DNA from: Octopus sinensis
Taxonomy: Eukaryota
Assembly: GCF_006345805.1 (NCBI RefSeq)
Contig: NC_042997.1
Location: 137,020,001 to 137,084,000, forward strand
DNA length: 64,000 nt
Direction: 5' to 3'
The notes beneath the pieces are model-generated. The model did not search any database. It was not told the DNA's origin and saw nothing but the letters and a program-made list of their open reading frames with translations. Position numbers and translations under genes: made by a program. Position 1 is the stretch's first letter. Each line of letters starts with the position of its first letter. This document shows, one piece after another, positions 1 to 58,562 of the stretch.

Positions 1-528
1 TGTCCCATCAACACACTCACCACACCCCATCACACAGCACAATCATTTCGTTGATGAGATCTCAGATGATTTTTAAGACCAGCTGCTAACTGACAGGGTT
101 CAAAACACAAGTGACAGATATTATTCGAGTTTCTTCTTCATCTTTACCCTTTGGAATCTGATTCCAAAGGAATGTTTTTGTGAACTAGCATATGTCCTTT
201 AGTTCAGATATTGTCTTGCAAATTTTGTGACATATGATACAAGTCGTAACAGGTGGTTGGTATTCAAGATTATAGCTACCTGGACATTTTGATTTTCATG
301 TAACTTCATATAATTCGCATATCCTGCTTTTGAGAACAGAACATGATCACACATAATTCATATCCAATGTTCTCTATTGATTTCAGTTCCAACTGTTCCT
401 TTGTGACAAGCCCTTTTAAGCTCAGAATGCTGAATCATCATTTCCTCCATGGCGTGTCAACCAGTCCTAACAGCACCTCTCCACTTGTTCCAATCCAAGA
501 ACATCAATTTTCCAGTTACTTTTGTTCA

Positions 529-843
529 TGTTGTATAGTGAAACTGTACCCCTCCAGTAAAAAGTGGTAGAAGCCAGCCATTATAAATATACCAGTAACT
601 GGTCGACAGGAGGAAAATCAGAAGGTCGAGAGTATGTGTAGATTGTGTTGATAGTCGTGTCTGTGTTGATATAGTAATTATACTGTGATACTGAGTGGAT
701 GTTATAACAATCCAACCTTTTGAGGGTAATAACACTGTATGACTGGGGGTTGTACAGTGCTAGATTGAACCATTCTATCGACGACTTTGTAATATAACAA
801 TATCTGTCAGAGAGACAACCATTGTCAACAGACAGATTCAACA
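529..843 (+). mobile_element. 5' LTR of Gypsy element
   Basis: Starts TGTTG (529), ends CAACA (843), TATAAATA at 582-589, followed directly by PBS-like GTGGCAA and gag remnants. Confidence 0.6.
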
Positions 844-3235
844 GTGGCAAAAGACTGTTTTACAACAGTGGCAATAAGGAAAAACAAATTTATGCAGAGT
901 GAAAAAAACATTCATGCAAAGAGTTTAAACTAATTCATAATTAAATACCCCAACAAAAAAGAAACAAAAATTTTGTGCAAACTTACGAAAATCATAAAAT
1001 ATGGAAGACTTGTTATTTGGGATAGTTGAATTGCAAAAACAGCAACGACCACAACAACAACAAAAACCCAAAGAATAGCGAAAACAACAATAAGTATTGC
1101 AGCTGCAAATGATACATTTAATGAAGTTGATAACCAATCTGGAGAATACATTTTCATCTGACCACATAGCAAATTCCACAAGCAAATTCAAATATGACCC
1201 CGAAGAAGGAGTAACCTTTGAGGCTTACTTTCGGAGATTTCAACAAATTTTTGAAAGAGAATGTCAGGATTGAATGTCAGTATTGAAAATCAAGAAAGAA
1301 AAATGCAACTAGTGACAACTGAGCATGAGAAGTATAGTAACTTCATATTGCCAAAAAAAGCATCCAACATAAATTTCACCAACACTGTTAACATTTTCTG
1401 CAAAATGTTTAGTGAAAATACTAGATGGAAATGTTCAAACATAGAAAAGAGCGAAGATGAAGACTTTAATACTTACACTGGCAGAGTCAACAAAGGACAT
1501 GAAAGATTTAGGTTAGATATGCTTACTCCAGATTCTTTCAAGTGTTTGAAGCACAAGGACTGACAGATAGGAGGCTGAAATCTGAATGAATATTCTACCA
1601 AAACTGAAAATGAACCAGAATTTGACATTGCAGAAACTGTCAGAAGAGTGTGACAGGGTATTAAAATTAAGGCATGACACGGAAGAAATTCAGTGGAAAG
1701 AGTGTTACCATATAAGAACAGTGCAAAAAAGTCAGAAGACAAACTGTTGCAGGAAAAACAGAAAAAATATTAGGATGTAGACCTATGTATGGCATGTGGT
1801 GGGATGCATATGAAAAAAGGTTGTCCATATAAAAAAGCAAAGTGTTTTCACCGCGGGTTTACAGGACATATAAAATTGCACTGCAAAACTAGAATGATAA
1901 GAAAATGGAACAAACAATATAAAATAAATAGTTTGTCAGCAGGAAAAAGTTGTGACTACAATAAACAAAATTCATGAATGTGAGAATTGAAAATACTAGT
2001 GTCAGAATGCAATTAGACACGAGAAGTGATATCACAATCATAAATAAGAAAACATGGGAACAAATGGGTAAACCAAAATTATGTAGTTGAAACAAAATAG
2101 TGTACAGTGTTACGGGAAGAAAATTATATTTCACAGGTGAACGTGTTTGTAATATAATGTGCAAAGGTCGAACTAAAAAACTGAATGTTTATGTGTTGAA
2201 AAAATCCAGGAATTTAATTGGCACTGAATGTATGGAGAAATTTAATTTATGGGGAACACCAATAAGTGCTTTGTGCAATAGTGTAAATGGAGCAGTCAAA
2301 CGATTGAACGAGGTTGATGAACTGAAACAAAAAAAAGTGCTGTGGAATATCGTGTGTGGACTATGAGTAACTTTGGAAGAAATAAAAAGAAATGTGAGAA
2401 ATGACAAATTTATTGATGAGACAAAAAGAAAACTGTGGTTGGCAAAAGGAAATAAAGAAAGATCTGATGCAAAGAATTGCCAAGATAGGAATGTGTACTC
2501 TATATGTGATGGGGTACTAATGTACACTCAGAGGGTGGTCATACCACAGACATTACAGAAGAGAATACTAAAAGACTTCCATGTGGGTCACCCAGGCATC
2601 TCTAGAATGAAAGTGCTGATGTGAAGTTTTGTATACTGGCCAAGCATAGATAAAGAAGTTGAAAACCTGGTAAAAGGCTGCAGAGGATGTGTGTTGGCAG
2701 TGAAACTGCCTACCACAAAATGTGAACTTTGACTGGAAGTGAAAATACCATGGTCCCAATTGGATATCAATTTTGCAGGCCTGGTAAATGGATATTATTA
2801 TTTAATAGCAGTGGACACTTACACAAAATGGCCTGAGGTCATGAGGTGTAAATGACCAACCTCATATATGGTAATAAACTTCTTACTCAAGTTGTTTGCA
2901 AGATTTTATGTACCGGATATAATTGTCTCTGATAACGGAACACAGTTTATATCCCGTGAGTTTAAAAGATTCTACAGAATATTCATGATAGAACATAATG
3001 TTAGAACAAAATATTCACATTAGAACATAAAACTATAACACCATATCACCCTACATCGAATAGAAGGGCTGAGTGGTTCACGGACACTTTTAAGAGGGCA
3101 TTAAAAAAAGCTAATAAGGAAGCCATGGACAAGGTTGCGATCCAACAATTCTTAAGGGATAACAGGGTAATTCTGAATCCAAATGCATCAGAAGGAAATT
3201 CACCAGCAGAATTAATGTTTGCTACAAAGATCCTC
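844..3235 (+). mobile_element. Degenerate Ty3/Gypsy (K02A2.6-like) internal region: gag, protease, integrase; RT/RNase H not seen
   Basis: KFKYDPEEGVTFEAYF (gag), CGGMH...CPYKKAKCF..GHIKLHC knuckle, RVVIP..LQKRILKDFHVGHPGISRMK..YWP..VKGCRGC (integrase HHCC), VDTYTKWPEV, SDNGTQF; many stops and frameshifts. Confidence 0.85.
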
Positions 3236-4480
3236 ATTCATCATCATCATTGTTTAACGTCTGCTTTCCATGCTAGCATGGGTTGGACAATTTGACTGAG
3301 GACTGGCAAACCAGATGGCTGCACCAGGCTCCAATCTGATCTGAAGAGTTTCTACAGCTCGATGCCCTTCCTAACACCAACCACTCTGGGAGTGTAGTGG
3401 GTGCTTTTTATGTGCCACCGGCATGAGGGCCAGTCAGGCTGTACTGGCAACAGCCATGCTCAAATGGTGTTTTTTACGTGCCACCTGCACAGGAGCAGTC
3501 AAGTGGCACTAGCAATGACCTTGCTTGAATGCTTTTTTCACGTGCTACGGGCACAAGTGCCAGTAAGGTGATGCTGGTAACAATCATGCTCCAATGGTGC
3601 TTTTTATGTGCCACTGGCACGGAAGCCAGTTAGCTCCTCTGGCAACGATCATGCTCGGACCGTGCTCTTAGCACTCCACTAACATGGATGCCAGTCATCG
3701 AATTTGATTTCAATTTCACTTGCCTCAACAGGACTTTGCAAGCAGAGATTAGTGTCCAATAAAGGAAAGGTACACATAAGTGGGCTGGTTATACCCCTGG
3801 CATAGGCCACGAGGTTATGGTCTCACTTGGCTTGCCGGGTCTTCTCAAGCATAGCATATTTCCAAAGGTCTCGGTCACTAGTCATTGCCTCAGTGAGGCC
3901 TAATGTTTGAAGGTCGTGCTTCACCACTTCATCCCAGGTCTTCCTGGGTCTGCCTCTTCCACAGGTTCCCTCAACCACTAGGGTGTGGCACTTCTTCATG
4001 CAGCTATCCTCATCCATACATAACACATGACCATACCAGTGCAGTTCTCTCTTGCACACGGCATCTGATGCTTCTTATACCCAACTTTTCTCTCAGGGCA
4101 CTTACACTCTGTTGTGTTTGCACACTGACATTACACATCCACTGGAGCATACTGGCTTCATTCTTTGCGAGCTTATGCATGTCCTCAGCAGTCATGGCTC
4201 ATGTTTCACTGCCATGTACCATGGCTGTTCATACACAAGCATCATACAGTCTACCTTTTACTCTGAGCAAGAGGACCTTTGTCACCAGCAGAGGTAAGAG
4301 CTCTCTGAAGTTTGCCGAGACTATTCTTATTCTAGCAGATACACTTTCAGCACACCCTCCCCAGCTACTGACTTGGTCACCTAGGTAACAGAAACTATCA
4401 ACTACTTCTAGTTTTTCTACCTGGAATGTGGTGGAAATTGTTCTCTGCACATTTTCAGTGTTTATTGCTCCTGAGCATCT
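3236..4480 (-). mobile_element. 5'-truncated RTE-clade LINE (ORF C-terminus, 3' UTR, (GAT)n tail)
   Basis: Minus ORFs LRVKGRLYDACV and WYGHVLCMDEDSCMKKCHTLVVEGTCGRGRPRKTW; CATCAT tail at 3237. Confidence 0.85.
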
Positions 4481-4539
4481 GCCACATACAGAAACTATCT
4501 TCCTAGTTAGTCTTCCTTTGATATTGCTGTACATATATA

Positions 4540-6135
4540 TATATCGCATGGTGTGGGTTATGGTCTTGTCACCTGCATTGTAAATCAGGTAGTTCATGAA
4601 GAAGTCATGCCCAATGACTGGTGTAGCAGCACCATAGTCAACTGCTACAAGGGTAAAGGTGATGCGTTAGATAGAAATAACTATAAGGGTACCAAATTAT
4701 TAGATCAGATGATAAAAGTTACAGAGAGGGTCATAGCCCAACTAATTAGGGAGAGAGTTAGCCTAGATGAGATGCAGTTTGGTTTTGTGGCAGGCAGAAG
4801 CACCACTGATGCTATATTTCTGGTAAGGCAACTGCAGAAATATCTAGCCAAAAATAAACCCCTGTACTTGGCTTTTATTGACTTGGAGAAAGCTTTTGAC
4901 AAGGTCTCCCAATCCCTTATCTGGTGGTCAATGCAGAAACTGAGGATAGAAGAGTGTTTGGTAAGAGCTGTACAAGCCCAGTACAGCGATGCTGTCAGTA
5001 AGGTAAGGGTTGGTAATGAGTATAGTGAAGAATGCTGAATAGAAATAGAAGTTCACCAAAGATCAGTCCTCAGCCTCCTCTTATTCATTATAGTCCTCCA
5101 GGTAATAACAGAGGAATTCAAGACAGGCTGCTCCTGTGATTCCATCACAGGCCATGGGGAGAAAATAGAAGTAGTTAATAGCTTCCGCTACCTAGGCAAC
5201 CAAGTCTGTAGTGGGGGTGGTTGCGCTGGGAGTGTAGCAGCTAGAATAAAAAAAGCCTGGGCAAAGTTCAGGGAACTCCTACCTCTACTGGCAACTAAGG
5301 GTCTCTCGCTCAGGATGAAAGGTAGATTGTATGATGCATGTGTGTGAACTGCCATGCTACATGGCAGTGAAACATGGGCCATGACTGTTGAGGACATGTG
5401 TAGGCTCGAAAGAATTGAAGCTAGATGATCTGCTGGATGTGTAATGTCAGTGTGCAAATACAACAGAGTGTAAGCGCCCTGAGAGAAAAGTTGGGCATAA
5501 GAAGCATCAGATGTTGTGTGCAAGAGAGAACTGCACTGGTATGGTCATGTGTTATGTATGGATGAGGATAGCTGTGTGAGGAAGTGCCAATCCCTAATTG
5601 TGGAAGAAACCTGCGGAAGAGGTAGACCCAGGAGACCTGGGATGAGTTGGTGAAGCATTGGGCCTCACAGAGGCAATGTCAGGAGACCGAGACCTTTGGA
5701 GATATGCTGTGATTGAGAAGACCCGACATCTAAAGTGAGATCTCCACCATGCGTGTCTGGCCCAGTTAAGAGTACCCCTGATGCATCGTGCAATATGATA
5801 TGCTTGAGAAGACCTGTTGAGTCAAGTAAAACCAATATTGTAGCTGTGGCCAGTGCACTCTGATTGGCTTCTGTGCCAATGGTTTGTAAAAAACACCATC
5901 TGAATGTGGTCGATGCCAGGTCCGCCTGATGGCTCCCATGCTGGTGGCACATAAAAAGCATCATCTGAACATGACTGATGCCAGTACCCCATGACTGACT
6001 CTTGTGCCGGTGGCATGTAAAATGTACTATCTGAATGTGATCGATGCCAAACCTACATGACCCGTGTGACTGGCTCCTGTACTGGTAGCATATAAGAAGC
6101 ACCCACTACACTCTTGGTGTGGTTGGCATTCGGTA
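4540..6135 (+). mobile_element. RTE-clade LINE fragments (RT N-part, C-terminus, partial 3' UTR)
   Basis: ORF 4553-5038 has KGKGDALDRNNYKG, QFGFVAGRSTTDAIF, FIDLEKAFDKV; later LYDACV..HGSETW; internal deletions. Confidence 0.85.
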
Positions 6136-6584
6136 GGACATACATATATTTATATCATTATGTGGTCTTAAAACATCTCTGAAGTTTATTTTATTTAAAA
6201 GATAATTACTCTTTGGAGACTAATGGCACTCTAGAATCCCAGATGTATAGGTTCATTATACTTTTTTCTAATGAACCATCTGTTATTCTGAAGCATTAAT
6301 CCTGGCCAGCCCAACTATACAGAGGAAGGTGAAAGTAGAACTCATAAAAGCATAAATTTTCCACACATAGTTACATTGATGAATTTATTACATTTATCTT
6401 TTTTATAGATATATATGGGTGCAGCAAATTCAGTGAAATTGTTCTGTAGAAGCTAAGAGAAAGACAAATTGTTGAAAAAAGTAACTTTTGTGAATCAAGT
6501 GGAATAGATTGAAATATGCAACATGGCATGCTGTAGAGCATATTGGAATGCACCAGTAATTATACAGCTAATCAAGTATCATCA

Positions 6585-7030
6585 TCATCATCCTCATCGT
6601 TTAACGTCCGCTTTCCATGCTGGCATGGGTTGGACAGTTTGACTGAGAACCAGCAAGCCAGGAGGCTGCACCAGGCTCCAGTCTGATTTGGTGATGTTTC
6701 TATAGCTGGATGCCCTTCCTAATGTCAACCATTCCAAGAGTGTGGTGGGTGCTTTTTACATGCCACTGGCATGGGAGTCAGTCAGGCAGCACTGGCATTG
6801 GTCACACTAGAATAGTGTTTTTTACATGACACCAGCATAGGTGCTAGTCAGGCGGCACTGGCATTGGCCATGACTACAATTTCACTCAATTTAACAGGTT
6901 TTCACAAGCATGGCGTATTGCTCAATGACTGAAGGGTGTTTTTAAATGGACCAGTTATGTGACACTGGCATCAGCCACAACTACAATCTTACTTGGCTTG
7001 CTGGGTCTTTTCAAGCATGGCATTTGCATC
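6585..7030 (-). mobile_element. RTE 3'-UTR-only copy (SINE-like)
   Basis: CATCATCATC..TTTAACGTCCGCTTTCCATGCTGGCATGGGTTGGAC start and GTGCC-type modules shared with the other RTE copies. Confidence 0.8.
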
Positions 7031-9512
7031 ATTTCAAATTTCAGTTCCAATGGGATATTTTTAAAGTAATTTTAACTAGACATGATTGTCACTTTGGTTT
7101 ATTCACCCATCAGCTATCTTTGTATTTAATCTGGCTTGCCAGCCAATAGATCAATGAGAAATACAAGTTTCTGCAGGCAGTATTTTATTTTCCCACTTAG
7201 CTGGCAAAAATAGATACAATGTCTTTACATTCATGTGAGCATATCTCAGCATCATTTGGCACTGGAAATTGGGACGGGTAAAATCTTTGCTCGTAACTTG
7301 TTTTAAGATTTTATTGGTTGTATTGTCATGTTTGTTCTTTTCATTGACCATTATGACTTAACAATTCACCAATTTATTCCCTGAAAAATGCATGAAAAAC
7401 AGTTCCTATTTGAAGAGATTCTACATTCCTGTTTGCTCACCATCATATTGTTCCTCTTCATTGCATATGTTGTCCAAGGGTGAAGTTACCCTCTTCACCC
7501 AAACAGTCTTTGTGTGGAGTCTTCAACAAATATCTTGTAGTTTTGGGCTTTTTTATCCCTTAGATGATTTCTTCTTCTTCTTCTCAGTCTGCTTTGCAAT
7601 TTAAAACTTTAGTAGTATCAATGAGAACTTGTGTTCTCTCAGGTTTTCTCCCATCTTTTCTATTCCTTGGGCCAGCTTTCACGAAATGATAGAATAAAGA
7701 GATATGAGCCTGATAGCCCTGGTTGGCTTAATGTTTTAATACTTAGGATCAGTGGAGCAAGTACTGTGAAACTGATTGTTGCATCTCTTGATGCAATAGA
7801 ATTCTCATCAATGTTTAAAGGTGAATCTGTCATATTAAAAGGAAAGAAACTACAATTAGTAATGATATTCCTGTCTAAAGGATAAGTGTCTGTTAGTCTG
7901 ATAGACAACTGGATGTGGTAAGGAGTCAAGGCTTAAAGAAATGCCTTCCTATCTAATCCAAAAATTTCATATACTGTCATCATTTCCCCCTTGTTTTCCT
8001 TCATTCATGCATCAGCTGAAGATTTGCCTGGATTTTGAAAGACCCCTAAATACTTCTTTCAAGGGACTACCCCTCGTGCAAACTGTGTGGGGAAACAATA
8101 GCAATACACTTCTATTTTCTTGGCATAGTGAATGACCTTTATGCTGATGGGGCTTTCCTGGTGCAGAGTTAAGGTGTGCCACAAAATAAATTATGAAAGC
8201 AGGACATTTTTTTGATGTCATCCACCCTAGTCTATAGGCCATGCAAATAGAACATGACAATGTACCATGAAGAAACTGATCCTTAAAGTAAACTTGAGAG
8301 AATACAAACAAAGGATAAATAGTTTTCCAAATAGCACTGATTTTACATCAAATAGTCACTCAATATCCTTGTTCTGCTGGTACTATGGCCCCAACTTATT
8401 TCCTACCGTTTTTCAGTGATGATTTTTCTTGGCCTCAGCAATGCCTGTCATATATTCACTTTCATTAAGATTCCATGTCTTATCTAGAGTGAACCAACAT
8501 CTCTCAAAAATAGTTTCATAGTTATTACAAAGTTAATCAAATTATGATGATAGAAGCTGGTTTCATGATTGAGTGATAAAATCTCAGTTGTCCTTGATAA
8601 ACAGTCTGCATGCTCCTTCACAAAATTATTCATCCACTCTTTGAATGTACTTTGATTCTCCATTCAAGAATAAGGTATCCACAAAGCTGATTCACATACT
8701 CAAATGTCAAACTCCTGGCTTCCTTTTGTGCTCAAATGTCTGTGTACATGTGGGTTACTTGGAATATGTTTTACCTAGCCTCTCTCACTATGCTCCAACT
8801 AGTTCCATTCAATAATGACCTCATCATATGTAATATATACAATACAGAATGAAACTGGCAAATTATCTGCTGTTCCATTTTGATTAACACAGAAACAATT
8901 TATTACAAACTGAATATTTCTTACAAGCGAAAATTTTACTATAAGAGGCTCTCACACGATGGCAGCACAGGTTCTTTATTTCTATTTAGAGAGAGGTATT
9001 TCAACTTATCCCACTTTTCCCTATCGAGTTTTCCAAAACTATTTCCATTACTGGACATGACAAACTAGCTCCCTTCAATAGCACCAAGATATAATTGTTT
9101 TATGTAATAAAGAGAAAGCATTACATTCCACCGACTCATACGTAGGAACAACTCACAATCAACTTCCCCCATCATTATAAATGTCAGATATCACAATCCA
9201 TGTCCACATCTCAAAGTCAACAATTATGATGTGGTCATGGATTGTGATGTTTGACATTTATAAATGATTTTCAAAATGGCTTCCCAAAGACTAGATTTGT
9301 TTTTCAGGGTCAAAAACATTTTAGGTTTGATCTGTTACTGACCTACAAAGCTCAGGTGCAACCATATTAGAATACTGATTATACTTGAGAGACATTGCTG
9401 CTGTAACACTTCTTGGACTGCATCCAGGTGAAGGCCATTTGGTTGACTCGACATGCTACAACCATTCTCTCACAAATGCAGTTCTCTTTCTTTTTCACAA
9501 CATTCGTCTCTA

Positions 9513-9931
9513 ATACTGATTTCAAATTTTAGCACGAGGTCAGCAAGTTTAGGCAAGGGGTAAGTACTTATTTTATTGATCCTGAAGGGATGAATGCAAA
9601 GTCAACCTTGAATGGAATTTGAACTCAGAATGTAAAAACAGATGAAATACTGCTTAGTATTTTGCTGGGCATGCTAAGGGTGCTGCCAGCTTGTCACCTT
9701 ACATTTATCTCTAATATTGGTTTCAAATTTTGGCACAAGGCCACAAAGTTCAAGGGAGGGAGTAAGTCAGTTATATCGACCCCAGTGCTCTACTGGTAAT
9801 TATTTTATTGACCCTAAAGGATGAAAGGCAAAGTTGACCTTGGTGGAATTTGAACTCAGAACACAAAGACAAATGAAATTCCATGAAGCATTTCCCCTAG
9901 TATGCTAACAATTCTGCTAGCTCACCACCTT
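9513..9931 (-). mobile_element. Two tandem decayed tRNA-derived SINE copies
   Basis: Two similar ~200-bp units (TTTCAAATTTT.GCAC.AGG...GGAATTTGAACTCAGAA...CACCTT); reverse complement has a B-box-like GAGTTCAAATTCC. Confidence 0.6.
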
Positions 9932-10409
9932 ATATATCCTAAGAGAAATAAAACTTCAATCAACTGGAATTTTCCCCTTGCCCCACTTTCTGTATAAATG
10001 TTACCTTACCACTAATTCTCTGACCTGTTACAAATGAGTTCCATTTTTAATATACTTACATTACTTTTGTAAATTCTAATGAAAATTTGTATGAGTTTCT
10101 GTTTGGCTCTTGACAACATTAGGTATGTCCTTTCCACTGAAATCAGTGATGTATTTACAAAGTAAATATGAGTATTTACAAAGAAGCAAAACTTTTGTTA
10201 CTATAGCAAAAATGAAAAGTTTATCTTTGAAAACTATCAGAAATATCTTAGTATATATAATACAAAATGAAAATTGCCCCAAAATTTAAATTGCTGACGT
10301 TATATTTTCTTTTTAAATATCAAAGTAATGAAATTATATTTGTATTAGTTTTAGGGTATTTATTCGAGATGATAAAAATGTGCGAGGAAGTTGTATATAT
10401 ATTTGTGTA

Positions 10410-10444
<35 letters not shown>

Positions 10445-10485
10445 TGGAAGGTTTGGAGATTATATTAGAAGAAAATTGGATGGTT

Positions 10486-10575
10486 TATATTTACAGATAT
10501 TTATTTGTATATTACATTTTTTATACATCATATATTTACAGATGTTTATTTGTATATTACATTTTTTATACATCA
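10486..10575. repeat. 45-bp tandem duplication next to (TA)n tracts
   Basis: TATATTTACAGAT.TTTATTTGTATATTACATTTTTTATACATCA occurs twice (10486-10530, 10531-10575). Confidence 0.85.
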
Positions 10576-10686
10576 TATAACTTAGATCATGTATTAGCGC
10601 TTTCTCCCATTCTAGTGGGGTTTTCAAATCAAACTATATATATATAGTTGTGAATTTTCCATGCTAGGATAATTCATTCACCTACT

Positions 10687-10719
<33 letters not shown>

Positions 10720-10845
10720 GTATGCATATGTGTATATATTTCTCCGGATTTATGTATTTCTACAAACGATATATATATGTATATATATATGTATATATAT
10801 ATATATAAATTGCAATGAAGTATCCAGCCAACGTTTCTCGTTTAG

Positions 10846-10974
10846 CTGACATCACGTGTTATGTCCCTTCTTGAGGCATGCGCAGTATCAGTGCTAAGTT
10901 GTTACCATACATATAACACAAGTGTCAGGAGCGTTTTTCTTTCCTCTTCTCTTTTTTTTTTTAACTGGTCCAGA
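10846..10974 (+). promoter_or_regulatory. Putative promoter or 5' region of the RNF185-like gene
   Basis: E-box CACGTG 10853-10858, NRF1-like GCATGCGCA 10876-10884, local CpG retention, pyrimidine tract ending in CAG at 10971-10973. Confidence 0.4.
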
Positions 10975-57336
<46,362 letters not shown>

Positions 57337-58481
57337 CCAAAACCTTCTGCAATTCTTGTCATGAAAAATAACTTAACCCATCTAAGTTCTTATATTTTAC
57401 AATGGATTTCAATACAGATGTTTAAAAGCCATCTGTGCGATGGTACATGAGGAAATTAGAACTCACATGAAATGTCTCAGAAAATATTTCAATGAGAAAA
57501 GTTTCTTTTCTCGTATTTTTTATTACAATGGTATTAAATTTCTTCCTTCCCTTTAGGAATATTTTAAAGAAAAAAAATACTTATAAAGCAGAATTGAAAT
57601 TTCCTTTGAAATTATATTTTTATCTGTGATATTGGAGTTTATATTTAAATTTTGTTTGTTTGGTTTAATTTTGAATCGTTGTACTATTTAGAAATAGCTA
57701 GAGATATGTGATAAACTGGGCAAAGGATAAAAAAAAAAAAAAGCATTCATAACAGTTCATGCTATTGAAATGATTTTATTCCTGAAGAAAATATTTGTAT
57801 CATTTGTTACTAAGTTATTTGCTTCTCTTCAAAGTTTTTGTTTTCTTTATTTTTGATTTTTTCTCCCCACCCCCTACTGTTACTTTCTGATTGCTTTGCA
57901 AAATATTTCATATTATTCTTAGATTACTTTTAATGTTTCCATTTTAAAAACTAACAATGATTCCTTCATAATATCACTTCTTTAGGTATTTATATTTATG
58001 AATGCAAGAATATTAGCACGGTATATTTCTACCAAACATTAAAAGTTTGTACGAAAAAATTTACATTAAATTTGATTGTCTCAGTGTATGTGTGCATGGG
58101 CAAGTGTGATTATGTATGTTGGTCATCAAAAGTTAAATACCTTATAGCATCATGTCAGAAAGAATTGATGTGATTATCAGCTGTTTAAAATTACAATGAT
58201 TTGAAGTTAATATTCAATATTGATTTTAAAATTTGGTCAGTTCTTTATATGCCTTTCTTAATAGTATTTAGATGATTCTCACTAATTTTGATGAGAAAAA
58301 AAAAACAAAATTCAAAGTACTTTGTACATTCTTATTTAAAGACTAATTCTGTGAATCTATTTTTTAAACACTTGTAGGAATAAATTTCTAATTTTTTCTG
58401 TATTAAACTTTTGTTTTGTTGATATTAAAGCAATTTAAGTTAATCAGAGGTTCTGTACCTAATTTATGCAACATTAACATC

Positions 58482-58562
58482 AGTATAATAGCTTATTTAT
58501 TTAATCAAAATATTTCATTATTAGTATAATAGCTTATTTGTTTAATCAAAATATTTCATTAT
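58482..58562. repeat. 41-bp tandem duplication downstream of the stop codon
   Basis: AGTATAATAGCTTATTT.TTTAATCAAAATATTTCATTAT occurs twice. Confidence 0.85.

Noticed and set aside
7400-9100. Possible decayed retroelement ORF on the minus strand
   Set aside because: Too degenerate to assign by eye.
10861-10974. 38-aa N-terminal extension from the ORF-track start at 10861
   Set aside because: It runs through a T/C tract and promoter-like motifs with no family similarity; ATG 10975 gives a typical family length.
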